Part shown: positions 10,879 through 20,654 of the stretch, piece after piece
Numbering within the stretch: the stretch's first letter is position 1
How the letters are laid out: each line of letters starts with the position of its first letter
Virus record (IMG/VR): IMGVR_UViG_3300017767_002783
Coordinates: 1,249-65,248 of that record
Reading direction: 5' to 3' (one strand)
Source: a virus
DNA length: 64,000 bases
The notes under the pieces: generated by a model
Databases searched by the model: none
Told to the model about the DNA's origin: nothing
What the model saw: only the letters and a program-made list of their open reading frames with translations
Program-made: the position numbers and the translations under genes

Positions 10879-11552
10879 TGAAAAGTATTGATATAATAAA
10901 AGAACTTGAAAAGTGGATAGTTGATAAAGGAAGTGGTGGATATACTGAAGGAGTAGATTCATATACTGAATATTATTCTGGTACAAATCCAATAGAAGGT
11001 ATTCAGCAAACTAAACAAGAAATAAAAGAGTTTGTAGAATATTTAAATGATAAATTTAATGGTGGTATTATTTTGGAAGTTGGATTGGGATATTTTGGTA
11101 GTACTCATTTTATATGGAGAATGATTTTTGATAAAGTTATCACAATTGAAAATCAAAATGATAGAATTAAAGAATTTGGTTTGAACACTCAAAAATATTA
11201 TAATAAGTGGATTTTAAATGATGGAAAAAGTTTCTTTATACATGGAGATTCGAATAGTCCAGGCACCGTAGGTGATTTATACAACTTAACTCAAAACGAA
11301 GAAATAGATATTGTGTTTATAGATGCTTTACATACTTATGAAGCAGTATTAACTGATTGGTTGGTTTATAGTCCACGAGTCAAGAGAGGTGGAATTGTGG
11401 CATTCCATGATTGTGAGAAAAGATTTCCACATCGTAAAGGAGTTGCGGATTTTATAGATGAATTAGAAAATGGAAACATAGATGGTAAAAAATATAAAAT
11501 GAATAAGATTGTACATTCAGCTGAACAAGGAATTTGTTGGTATATAAAATGA
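10878..11552 (+). CDS. Class I SAM-dependent methyltransferase (Methyltransf_24-like)
   Basis: LEVGLGYFGST motif I, FIDALHTYE, GGIVAFHD. Confidence 0.8.
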   Translation: MKSIDIIKELEKWIVDKGSGGYTEGVDSYTEYYSGTNPIEGIQQTKQEIKEFVEYLNDKFNGGIILEVGLGYFGSTHFIWRMIFDKVITIENQNDRIKEFGLNTQKYYNKWILNDGKSFFIHGDSNSPGTVGDLYNLTQNEEIDIVFIDALHTYEAVLTDWLVYSPRVKRGGIVAFHDCEKRFPHRKGVADFIDELENGNIDGKKYKMNKIVHSAEQGICWYIK

Positions 11553-12946
11553 ATTTATTTATATTTTTATCACAGATGGGTTCAAATCACCATTTTCGTA
11601 ATTTTGACAATATGGGTGATTGGAAAAAATATGCACACAATTGGGATTTTGATCTTTCCCATATAGCAAAAATAAAAAATGATAATTTAGATGTTGGATT
11701 ATTAGAATGGAAATTTGATTATCATCATAATCTTTTTAATAATTTTGCATTAGAGTCTAATATATTGGACAACCTTGATGGGGATAGACCTTGTGTTATT
11801 TTATGGGAATGTCGAGATGAAATTGGTGAATTAGTAAGATGGGAACAAAACAAAGACCATCCTTTAATAAAAAATTTATTTAGAAAATTAAAAAATAAAC
11901 AATCAAAATTGGTATTTTTTAATTGTGATGTCGGTCATGTTTATAATAAGGGAACTGAAAAGGACTTAGAGGATCCAGATTGGATGTATATAAAGGATTT
12001 CTTAAAAAGATATAATATTTCAGGTGAACAATTATCAATAATCGGGCCTGACAAATATGTCATTAGGGAAGATAGAGATAAGGTTGATAATGAAGGAGTA
12101 ACTTTTTATAATTTTCACAGACAGGCAGCATATCAAAAAATTTATAATTTTGATTATTATAAAAATTTTAACAAAGTGGTTCAGAGTACAAGACCATTTC
12201 TCAGACAAAAGAAATATCTATGTTTAAATAATAGTACAAGAGAACATAGAGCAGATATATTTACCTTTTTACATCAGAATAATTTTATGTCAGATGGTTA
12301 TCTTTCATATGGTTCATTTTACGGAGATACAGGTCCGAATAATCAAATATCTGCTGGGGTTTTATCAGAAAGTCAAATAGAAGATGTTTGGCACGATTTT
12401 AAAAATTTAAAATATAAAAAAAATAAAATAAAAGAAACTTTTAAACTTATTCCAAGACTTGTGGATAAGAAAGTAAATTGGACAGAAAATTTTGATGGTG
12501 ATATAGGTACGGTAATTAATCCATCATTATATTTAAGTTCATATTTTAACATTGTCACAGAAACAGATTTTGATATGGATTGGAGAGATATACAAATTAC
12601 ACATCTTACAGAAAAAACAATAAAACCCATTCATATGTTTCATCCTTTTATTATAATCGGGCCTTACAAATCATTAGAAGTTCTTAGAGATTATGGTTTT
12701 AAAACATTTAGTCCACATATTGACGAGAGTTATGATGATTGTAAAAATGCACACGAGAGGATGGAGTTAATCAAAAAAGAAATTTTAAGATTAAATTCTA
12801 TGAGTATAGAAGAATTAGATGTTTGGTATTGGAATATGTTCAATATTTTAAACCATAATTATAAACACTTACGACATCATAGTAGAAAACAGGTTACTAA
12901 TTTAGTAAATATTTTGGAGGAAAAATGGAAAAGCTTGATAAAATAA
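11549..12946 (+). CDS. DESYD-family glycosyltransferase-like protein, copy 4
   Basis: SYFNIVTET...TEKTIKP..FHPFIIIG...GFKTFSPHIDESYD; start placed at the ATGA overlap 11549. Confidence 0.7.
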   Translation: MNLFIFLSQMGSNHHFRNFDNMGDWKKYAHNWDFDLSHIAKIKNDNLDVGLLEWKFDYHHNLFNNFALESNILDNLDGDRPCVILWECRDEIGELVRWEQNKDHPLIKNLFRKLKNKQSKLVFFNCDVGHVYNKGTEKDLEDPDWMYIKDFLKRYNISGEQLSIIGPDKYVIREDRDKVDNEGVTFYNFHRQAAYQKIYNFDYYKNFNKVVQSTRPFLRQKKYLCLNNSTREHRADIFTFLHQNNFMSDGYLSYGSFYGDTGPNNQISAGVLSESQIEDVWHDFKNLKYKKNKIKETFKLIPRLVDKKVNWTENFDGDIGTVINPSLYLSSYFNIVTETDFDMDWRDIQITHLTEKTIKPIHMFHPFIIIGPYKSLEVLRDYGFKTFSPHIDESYDDCKNAHERMELIKKEILRLNSMSIEELDVWYWNMFNILNHNYKHLRHHSRKQVTNLVNILEEKWKSLIK

Positions 12947-13758
12947 AATATCTTTATGTTGGTGGAGATAGTTGGTCTCGTGGTGATGATTTACCAGAAG
13001 ATGAAACTTTAGCTGATTATCCTGATGGTCCTATGGGTAGACCAATTGGTAGGTATAGTGATGTTCTCGGTGAAAAAATTGGATGGGAAGTTATAAATGA
13101 ATCTCAAGGTGGTGGAAGTAACGATAGAACGGTTAGAAAAATGATTGATTGGTTTGCAAAAAATAAAGACAAGTGGGAAGAAACTTTCGTAGTTATTTGT
13201 TGGACACAATATACACGAGAAGAACTTTGGAATGATGTGATGGGAGAATATGAAACTCAACAATTCCAATCAACAGATTTAGACAAGAGAGAAGGTAAGT
13301 GGTTTGGTGAACAGGCAGATGAAATGTTAATCCAATCAGATGCTGGTTTAAAACCAACAAAAAAATGGTGGGAAACATATCTGATAAATTTTTATAATTT
13401 CGATAAGCGTTCACAAAACATGATTAGACAAATTATATTCTTACAGAGTTTTTTAAAGGCAAATAATATCCCTTATTATTTTCACAACGCATTTTCTAAT
13501 GATGCATACACACATAGTTCTTGGTTGATGTCGGAGTGGAGCGTTGATTATGATGAAGAAAAGTGGAAAGAAATAACAAGTATGATTGATTATAATTTTT
13601 ATCACCCAAATTCTTTTATGACTTGTATACAAGATTGGGAAGAAGATGGATTGATTGAAGAAGATAAGGGTTTATATCCAAATGGTGGACATCCTACATC
13701 TGTATCACATAAATTATTTGCAGATGAACTCTATAACGCAATAAAAAACAAATATTAA
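12925..13758 (+). CDS. SGNH/GDSL-like protein, copy 6
   Basis: VGGDSWS, GGSNDRTVR, ICWT, GGHPT. Confidence 0.65.
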   Translation: MEKLDKIKYLYVGGDSWSRGDDLPEDETLADYPDGPMGRPIGRYSDVLGEKIGWEVINESQGGGSNDRTVRKMIDWFAKNKDKWEETFVVICWTQYTREELWNDVMGEYETQQFQSTDLDKREGKWFGEQADEMLIQSDAGLKPTKKWWETYLINFYNFDKRSQNMIRQIIFLQSFLKANNIPYYFHNAFSNDAYTHSSWLMSEWSVDYDEEKWKEITSMIDYNFYHPNSFMTCIQDWEEDGLIEEDKGLYPNGGHPTSVSHKLFADELYNAIKNKY

Positions 13759-13760
13759 AG

Positions 13761-14483
13761 TTGGTTAAGTATACAAATATAAAAGATATACCTTGGTATA
13801 ATTTTACTCTTTTAAGATCGTCACATAGTGATAAAGATAGGGGGTGGAATGGTATTACATTTGCAAAACGAATGTATATAGATAATGAGAACAATCTTTT
13901 ATACACACTTTCTTCTGAAACTACTTTTTTACAAAAGGTGGCCGAAAGTAATATAGTAGAAAGAATGTCATACGGAGGTCTTACTGAAGCCAGAAGTTAT
14001 TGTGTTGAATCGTTTATAACAAATAACAATGAAGTTGTTGGTTATGTTCAAAAAATGTATGGTGGTGTGGACACTACTATATTTAACCTACTAATTGATA
14101 GTAAATATTCTCGATTGGCAGTTGATTTTATAAACCGATGGAAACGGGCAGTTAATAAATGTGATTTTTTTTGGGATTTGAGTGAAGTTAGAATTGATTC
14201 GGATGGAAATATACAACCTATTGATTTAGACGAAGGAATATTGAGTAGTGATAGAGGAGAGTGGCCATGGTGGACTCAGTTTAAAGGTTATTGGACTGAA
14301 CCTATGCAATTTCAAGAAACATTAGCCCGAAGTGGTATATTCCTCGGCCCAAAATTTGATTACGAAACTTATAAACAAACTCAATCACATAGATTTCAAG
14401 ATAAGTTTGCTGGATATTTAATTCCTATACCAAAATATAATTGGAAAAATTATCTTATCGAAATGAAAAAGAATAAAAAATGA
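13761..14483 (+). CDS. Hypothetical protein (weak kinase/phosphotransferase-like hints)
   Basis: 240 aa ORF with TTG start in operon context; GYVQKM and IQPIDLD loosely recall kinase hinge and DFG-like segments. Confidence 0.45.
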   Translation: MVKYTNIKDIPWYNFTLLRSSHSDKDRGWNGITFAKRMYIDNENNLLYTLSSETTFLQKVAESNIVERMSYGGLTEARSYCVESFITNNNEVVGYVQKMYGGVDTTIFNLLIDSKYSRLAVDFINRWKRAVNKCDFFWDLSEVRIDSDGNIQPIDLDEGILSSDRGEWPWWTQFKGYWTEPMQFQETLARSGIFLGPKFDYETYKQTQSHRFQDKFAGYLIPIPKYNWKNYLIEMKKNKK

Positions 14484-15496
14484 AAAAGATAATAGTAAAT
14501 CATGCAGGATTACTTGCACAATATAATAATGTTATACTATCAGTTTTAGAAGAATGTCCGACAGAAGAAGAATTTGAATTTGTATTCGATGATTTCTGGC
14601 CAAGTCCATTTGAACCAAAAGGAAATATTTTTTACAATGATAAGAGTATTTCGTGTAGTGATATAGGAGATTTAACAAATTTAAATCAAAATAAATCACG
14701 ATTAGATTTGGAAAAAACACAATTGATGTTATCTCGAAAATTTGTACCTTTGGATATTGTAAAACATTATAATAAAATAATAGATAAGTTCTTCAATCCA
14801 ACCGAAAAGTTAAATCAATCTTTTTCTAATATGTTAAATAAATACAAAATAGATACAACGAAAACTATTTTTGCATATTTTAGAGGAACAGATGGGGCAT
14901 ATGAAAGACCAGCTGGTTCTTTTCCAGTTTGGGGATATATGCCAATTTTAGATAAGATTTTAAACTCGGATACCGAGATAGACACAATAGTATTACAAAG
15001 TGATGCTGGTCACTTTTATTTTTATATACAAGACTATCTATGGAAAACTTATCCAAACATACGAGTTGTAATCATTGATGATGTGAATTTACCCAATACA
15101 ACTTGGGAATTTATATCAGAAAAAACAAATGATCATCCTTTTTACGGAAATGAACACGAGGATAGGATTAAAAAACATTCAGTATGGGTAACTGAACCAC
15201 AAACACATACTGAACATTTAGAGAGTGGGTTTTATGAAAGTCCAAATCAGTTCAGTTTATTTTGGACATCCATATCAATAATTTCATCAAAGTGTAAATA
15301 CTTTATTGGTAATAAAAGTAATTTTTCTTTGTTTAGTAATTTATATAGAAAAAATAGCAAAAATACGGCAATACTTGACGCACAACTTAAAGTAAAATTA
15401 AATTCGGATATAATGAGTGAAGAAGAATTTCAAGATAGTGATTATATGAAAACTAACTTTCCAGCAAGGAATAGGAATATATGGAAAACACAGTAA
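14480..15496 (+). CDS. NodZ/GT23-like (fucosyl)transferase
   Basis: FAYFRGTD (cf. GxHxRxxD), VLQSD, SKCKYFIGNKSNFS. Confidence 0.55.
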   Translation: MKKIIVNHAGLLAQYNNVILSVLEECPTEEEFEFVFDDFWPSPFEPKGNIFYNDKSISCSDIGDLTNLNQNKSRLDLEKTQLMLSRKFVPLDIVKHYNKIIDKFFNPTEKLNQSFSNMLNKYKIDTTKTIFAYFRGTDGAYERPAGSFPVWGYMPILDKILNSDTEIDTIVLQSDAGHFYFYIQDYLWKTYPNIRVVIIDDVNLPNTTWEFISEKTNDHPFYGNEHEDRIKKHSVWVTEPQTHTEHLESGFYESPNQFSLFWTSISIISSKCKYFIGNKSNFSLFSNLYRKNSKNTAILDAQLKVKLNSDIMSEEEFQDSDYMKTNFPARNRNIWKTQ

Positions 15497-16026
15497 AGGG
15501 TAGGTTCGATTCTGTAAATGAAACTTATCAACCTTATGTTAAAAAACATTTAGGTGAAAATTCATTACAAAATATTTTAACTTGTGGTGGTTCTGATGGT
15601 GCAGTAAATGTAGAACTTGAGCGTCACAAAGAATTTACTTATGAAAATATTTTTCACTATGAATTTAAAGATAGAGAAATTCATTTTGATGTAGTAATAA
15701 AAGATAATATTTTATGTCCTGAAGTCCCTATTGAATCTGTAAATTTGATTTATGCAGATGTTGGTGGACCAGGTTGTTATGATATGATAATGAAAGATGA
15801 CATAAAAAGTGGTGTTCTTAAAATACTTGAGGCTGGATTATATCAAAATAAACTTGGAATATTAGTTTTTTTATATTTTGACGGAGTAGGAATTGAACCT
15901 TTTTTAAATAGACAATATGGTGATTATAAATCAAAAGATTTTTTTAGTAAAGATGTTACTTGGTATGATAAATATAACAAGGGAACATATTCTCAAAGAT
16001 TAGATGGTGTGGTTTTTTATAAATGA
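15481..16026 (+). CDS. Hypothetical protein
   Basis: 181 aa ORF overlapping its neighbours in the operon; no motif recognised. Confidence 0.5.
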   Translation: MENTVKGRFDSVNETYQPYVKKHLGENSLQNILTCGGSDGAVNVELERHKEFTYENIFHYEFKDREIHFDVVIKDNILCPEVPIESVNLIYADVGGPGCYDMIMKDDIKSGVLKILEAGLYQNKLGILVFLYFDGVGIEPFLNRQYGDYKSKDFFSKDVTWYDKYNKGTYSQRLDGVVFYK

Positions 16027-17105
16027 GAAAGTATATTATAGTACGGAAATGGGCATGGACGAGTTTTTGGGATATTAGTTTTGGTAATCGAATAAGATTT
16101 TGGGAATTTGCACAGACCATTAATAAAATAAATAATTATAAATACACCCTTTTAGTACAGAGTGAAAACGTGGATGTGTGGGGTGAAAGTTATTTTATTA
16201 ATTATCCAAATACTATTGTAGTTAGATCATTTCCAACTATCAGTAATAAGAAGGTAAGACTTATTGATAATGCAAAGAATTATCATGAAGGAACTTTTGT
16301 ATTCGATGACGATGTTATTGATATAACACCATCCGTAGATAATTGGAACTATGTGAGACCTTTATGGGATGAGAATAATAGTAAAGTATCAACAAAAACC
16401 GACAATGTTGTTGCACAGGAATACCAAAAAACTGGTCATAGACCAATATTTGATATTGAAATATATGATAAAAAATTAGAAACTATTATTAAAGAAGAAG
16501 TTAAAGGTCGTGTGGGATTACACTTGAGGGGTGATACTCCAAATGGTCAATGGGATATTTACAAAAAACAACACCCAAATTCAAGAAAAGAATATATTAA
16601 ACAAGAACTTGATAAAATAGTGGATAGTGGATTTGACAAATTTTATTTATCTACTGATATTTTTGTTAAGCCTACTCAAAGGTTGATTAAAAAAGATTTT
16701 GTTAATTTTCATAAAGGTGTTTTGACAGACTTTGATGAAACCCATTGGAGTGAAGATTTAATAAATAAAGATGAGTATATTTGGAATGATGCATTTTATG
16801 AATATGATAAAGAAGAATATTTGTGGATAAATAGATTAAATACACCTGCGGATATAATGAAAGGAATTGGTGGTGAAAAACAATATAATTGGGTAAAAGA
16901 ATTATATGATGAGTATGATATAATTGATTATAGGAGTATTCTCAGTAAATATGATACTTTTTTAAATAATTGGAAAAAATTAAGATGTATTGATATAATT
17001 GATTTGTGGAGTTTGATTTATAGTGAAAAGTTTAGTGACCAAATGGGTAATAATGCTGGAACATTTTCTCGATTTGTCACTAATTACAGGAAAAAATTTG
17101 AATAG
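16023..17105 (+). CDS. NodZ/O-fucosyltransferase-like GT-B protein
   Basis: VGLHLRGD, KFYLSTD, IDLWSL...GTFSRF. Confidence 0.55.
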   Translation: MRKYIIVRKWAWTSFWDISFGNRIRFWEFAQTINKINNYKYTLLVQSENVDVWGESYFINYPNTIVVRSFPTISNKKVRLIDNAKNYHEGTFVFDDDVIDITPSVDNWNYVRPLWDENNSKVSTKTDNVVAQEYQKTGHRPIFDIEIYDKKLETIIKEEVKGRVGLHLRGDTPNGQWDIYKKQHPNSRKEYIKQELDKIVDSGFDKFYLSTDIFVKPTQRLIKKDFVNFHKGVLTDFDETHWSEDLINKDEYIWNDAFYEYDKEEYLWINRLNTPADIMKGIGGEKQYNWVKELYDEYDIIDYRSILSKYDTFLNNWKKLRCIDIIDLWSLIYSEKFSDQMGNNAGTFSRFVTNYRKKFE

Positions 17106-17120
17106 TTTTTAATTTTGTTT

Positions 17121-17129
17121 ATACTTATA
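17121..17129 (+). promoter_or_regulatory. ATACTTATA candidate promoter motif
   Basis: In the only sizeable intergenic gap of the glycan island, 7 nt before a structured leader. Confidence 0.4.
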
Positions 17130-17136
17130 TATAAGA

Positions 17137-17251
17137 AGTCTTGTAGAGATAACACGGGTAACCAATCCTGAAAGTCCAAACCCTCTACAAAGTAGACTAT
17201 AAACATGGGTGGCATCAAAGTAATTGGTGTCTCCGTTAAGGAGATTTTTTT
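17137..17251 (+). ncRNA. Candidate structured cis-regulatory 5' leader of the gmd-like gene
   Basis: agtc-ttgtagag (17137-17148) pairs with ctctacaa-[agta]-gact (17183-17198). Hairpin gtctcc/ggagat (17229-17245) buries the AGGAG SD and is followed by a T-run ending directly at the ATG. Confidence 0.45.
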
Positions 17252-18283
17252 ATGCGAGTTTTAATAACAGGTATTACAGGTTTTGTTGGTAGTCATATGG
17301 CTGACTATCTAATTGAAAATATTCCAAATGTAGAAATATTTGCTATCAGAAGATGGAGAAGTCGTGATGATAATATCAGACATTTGTACTCTGCTGGTAA
17401 ATATGGTGATGATAAACAAGACCATGTTCAATTTATTGAGGCAGATTTAGGTGATAGGGGAAGCTTGTCAAATGCGATAAAAATATCTAAACCAGATATT
17501 GTTTATCATTTTGCGGCTCAAAGTTTTCCTGAATCAAGTTTTCTCACGCCAGTTAGTACCCTTACAACAAATGTAATTGGTACTACCAATCTTTTAGAAG
17601 AATTAAAATTGGCAAAGGATAGAAATTATTGTAATCCTACAATAATAAGTGTTTCCTCATCCGAGGTATATGGTAATCCAAAGGAAGATGAAGTTCCAAT
17701 AACAGAAGATAACTGTATTAGAGCAGCCAATCCATACTCAATATCAAAAGTAGGACATGATTTAATGTCACAATATTATGCAAATGCATACGATATGAAA
17801 ATCATAATAACTCGTATGTTTTCCCATGAGGGTTCTCGTAGAGGAAAACGATTTGCACTATCGTGGTTTGCATATCAGATAGTAATGGCAGAAAAAGATG
17901 AAAACTTTCCACCATATGCCCCAAGTTTCCCAACACATCCTATTAAACACGGAAATCTCGATTCCGTTAGAACTTATAATCATATAGAAGATGCAGTTCA
18001 TGCCTATTGGTTGGCCGTAGATAAGTGTGATTCTGGTGAAGTTTATAATATAGGTGGTGATTACACTTGTACGGTTGGAGATGCATTAGATATGTTAATA
18101 TCAAAATCAATAAATCCTAAAGCCTTTATAAAAGAACTTGATCCTGCAAGAGTTAGACCAACTGATATTACATTACAAATACCAAGTAGTGATAAATTCC
18201 GAGAGAAAACAGGTTGGAAACCAATAAAAGGATTAGAAGAAATTTGTGATGATTTATTAAATTATTGGAGAAAAGTTTTATGA
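17252..18283 (+). CDS. gmd: GDP-mannose 4,6-dehydratase-like SDR
   Basis: LITGITGFVGSH, HFAAQSFP, SSSEVYG, NPYSISK (YxxxK), HGNLDSVR. Confidence 0.8.
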   Translation: MRVLITGITGFVGSHMADYLIENIPNVEIFAIRRWRSRDDNIRHLYSAGKYGDDKQDHVQFIEADLGDRGSLSNAIKISKPDIVYHFAAQSFPESSFLTPVSTLTTNVIGTTNLLEELKLAKDRNYCNPTIISVSSSEVYGNPKEDEVPITEDNCIRAANPYSISKVGHDLMSQYYANAYDMKIIITRMFSHEGSRRGKRFALSWFAYQIVMAEKDENFPPYAPSFPTHPIKHGNLDSVRTYNHIEDAVHAYWLAVDKCDSGEVYNIGGDYTCTVGDALDMLISKSINPKAFIKELDPARVRPTDITLQIPSSDKFREKTGWKPIKGLEEICDDLLNYWRKVL

Positions 18284-18756
18284 TTGAAGGATTAGAGACT
18301 TTTGAAATAGATGCTTGGGAAGATTTCAGAGGTGATATTTACACAACTTGGGATAGTGAAAAATATCCAAGACTAAATTGGAGACTTGATAAATTTTCAC
18401 ATTCACGAAAAAATACACTACGAGGTTTACACGGAGATGATAAAACTTGGAAACTTATAAATTGTGTACAAGGAGAATTTTACCTTATAGTTGCAGATAA
18501 TCGACCTAGCTCACCATCATATAGAGATTGGGATTCGTTTGTATTATCAGCTAAAAACAGAAAACAAGTTTTAGTTCCACCTGGTTGTGCAAATGGACAC
18601 TTTGTTCTAAGTGATGATTGTACATTTCATTACAAACAGGCATTTGATGGGAATTACAATGATATAGATAAACAATTTGTCATAAAATGGGATGATGAGA
18701 TGTGGTCATTCGAATGGCCCCACAACAATCCAACTTTATTTGGGAGAGACAGATGA
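18280..18756 (+). CDS. rmlC: dTDP-4-dehydrorhamnose 3,5-epimerase-like cupin
   Basis: DFRG, LRGLHG, VPPGCANGH, W.D...EWP; start at the ATGA overlap. Confidence 0.85.
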   Translation: MIEGLETFEIDAWEDFRGDIYTTWDSEKYPRLNWRLDKFSHSRKNTLRGLHGDDKTWKLINCVQGEFYLIVADNRPSSPSYRDWDSFVLSAKNRKQVLVPPGCANGHFVLSDDCTFHYKQAFDGNYNDIDKQFVIKWDDEMWSFEWPHNNPTLFGRDR

Positions 18757-19382
18757 ATATACCATACACATTAGAAAAAGTAAGAGATATTAAAATAACA
18801 GAATCCGATTTAATCGAATTTGAAGAAGAAGTCAAAGAGAAGTATGAAAATACTGAAATAAAAGCTCCTGTTCATTTAACTAAAAATAACGAAAAGGAAT
18901 TGATAGAAATATTTCAATATGTACATCCTGATGATTGGGTTTTTTGTGGACATAGAAATCACCATCATGCACTTTTACATGGTGTTCCACGAGACACACT
19001 AATGGATTTGGTAGTTCGTGGTAGAAGTATGAGTGTACATTCTAAAAAACCTAAGCTTTACTCATCTTCTATTGTGGGTGGAACTATATCTATTGCACTT
19101 GGTACGGCACTATCTTTAAAACGGAAGGGTTCTAAACAAAAGGCTTGGTGTTTTATAGGAGATATGGCCTTTGAAACGGGTATCTTTTATGAGGCACATA
19201 AATACGCAACTAATTTTGATTTACCATTACAATTTGTTGTTGAGGATAATAATATGAGTACCAATACACCAACAGATGAAACTTGGAATTATAAAAAAAG
19301 AGATATCCCATATGGTGTAATTTACTATCAATATGACAGAGGATTTCCACATCATGGAACAGGAAATTGGGTATTATTTTAA
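18753..19382 (+). CDS. ThDP-dependent dehydrogenase E1 alpha-like subunit (short)
   Basis: DWVFCGHRNHHHALLHG, SSIVGG, GDMAFETG...VEDNN ThDP motif; start at the ATGA overlap. Confidence 0.8.
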   Translation: MNIPYTLEKVRDIKITESDLIEFEEEVKEKYENTEIKAPVHLTKNNEKELIEIFQYVHPDDWVFCGHRNHHHALLHGVPRDTLMDLVVRGRSMSVHSKKPKLYSSSIVGGTISIALGTALSLKRKGSKQKAWCFIGDMAFETGIFYEAHKYATNFDLPLQFVVEDNNMSTNTPTDETWNYKKRDIPYGVIYYQYDRGFPHHGTGNWVLF

Positions 19383-19383
19383 T

Positions 19384-20127
19384 ATGAAATATTTGTATGT
19401 TGGTGGAGATAGTATGTCTGATGGTTCTTGTTTAATTGAATATTCTGATGAACGGATAAAAAGATTAAAATTAAAACACACGGAGTGGGATATTGGATTT
19501 GATGAGAGGTGGAGTAAATTACTTTCAGATAAACTTAATTTAGAAGAAATAAATCAGGCCAGACATGGTAATTCAAATGATAAAATATTTAGAACTACTA
19601 TGGATTGGGCACTTAACCATATTGAAGATTTAAGTGAAACTTTATTTGTTATTGGTTGGACAGGCTATGATAGATTTGAGTTTTATGATAATTACTTGGA
19701 TAGATATGTACAAGTTTCAAATGGAGAACCTACTCATAATGATAGGGATGACAAGAGATTACAAAAATATGTAATTCAGTATTGGAAAGAACATCACAAC
19801 AAAAAAGAAGTTAAGGATAATTACTTACGAAAAATAATTTCATTACAATCTTTTTTTCAATCAAATAATATATCTTACTTATTTTTTGATGCAATTGGAT
19901 TACAAGTTGATGTAATTAAAGAAAATAAATATAAGTTGTTTCTTGATAAAAATCATTGGTGGAATTATAATAAATCAATTAATAGTTTTCATCATATAGC
20001 AGAAAAATTAAAAAGTTTTGGAATTGATTTTAAAGATGACGAACACGGATATCACGGACATCCTGGTATTGAAGCACACGAGAAATTATCAGAAGAACTT
20101 TATGTAAAGGTTAAAAATATATTATGA
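19384..20127 (+). CDS. SGNH/GDSL-like protein, copy 7
   Basis: MKYLYVGGDSMS, GNSNDKIFR, IGWT, HGHPG. Confidence 0.65.
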   Translation: MKYLYVGGDSMSDGSCLIEYSDERIKRLKLKHTEWDIGFDERWSKLLSDKLNLEEINQARHGNSNDKIFRTTMDWALNHIEDLSETLFVIGWTGYDRFEFYDNYLDRYVQVSNGEPTHNDRDDKRLQKYVIQYWKEHHNKKEVKDNYLRKIISLQSFFQSNNISYLFFDAIGLQVDVIKENKYKLFLDKNHWWNYNKSINSFHHIAEKLKSFGIDFKDDEHGYHGHPGIEAHEKLSEELYVKVKNIL

Positions 20128-20654
20128 AATACAAAGATGAATTAATAAGAAGTATGGAGTGGTTGAGTGAGAAAGATGATACAGTTTTTCTTGGACAATC
20201 AGTTTTATATAGTGGTAATGCCATTTATAATACATTAAATACTTTACCATCAGAGAAAATGATAGAACTTCCTGTTTTTGAGGAAGTTCAAATGGGAATG
20301 AGTACAGGATTAGCATTAGATGGATATGTTCCAATTAGTTGTTTTCCACGATTTGATTTCTTAATGAGGTGTATGGATGCATTAATGAACCATTTAGACA
20401 AGGTTAAATATATGACAGAAAATATATTTCAACCAAAGGTCATTATTAGAACTTCCATTGGGGCTAAATTTCCATTGGATGGTGGGATACAACACACACG
20501 AGATTACACTCAGATGATGAAAGATAATTTAACAGAAATTGATGTAGTTTTATTAAATGAGCCTGAAGAAATATTTCCTGCATTTAAAAAGGCTTACGAA
20601 AACGAAGGTTCTACAATGATTGTGGAACAAGGAGATTTTTATAATGAAAAATAA
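20124..20654 (+). CDS. E1 beta / transketolase pyrimidine-binding-domain protein (short)
   Basis: FLGQSV, PVFEEVQMGMSTGLAL, PRFDFL, HLDK, QHTRD. Confidence 0.8.
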   Translation: MKYKDELIRSMEWLSEKDDTVFLGQSVLYSGNAIYNTLNTLPSEKMIELPVFEEVQMGMSTGLALDGYVPISCFPRFDFLMRCMDALMNHLDKVKYMTENIFQPKVIIRTSIGAKFPLDGGIQHTRDYTQMMKDNLTEIDVVLLNEPEEIFPAFKKAYENEGSTMIVEQGDFYNEK

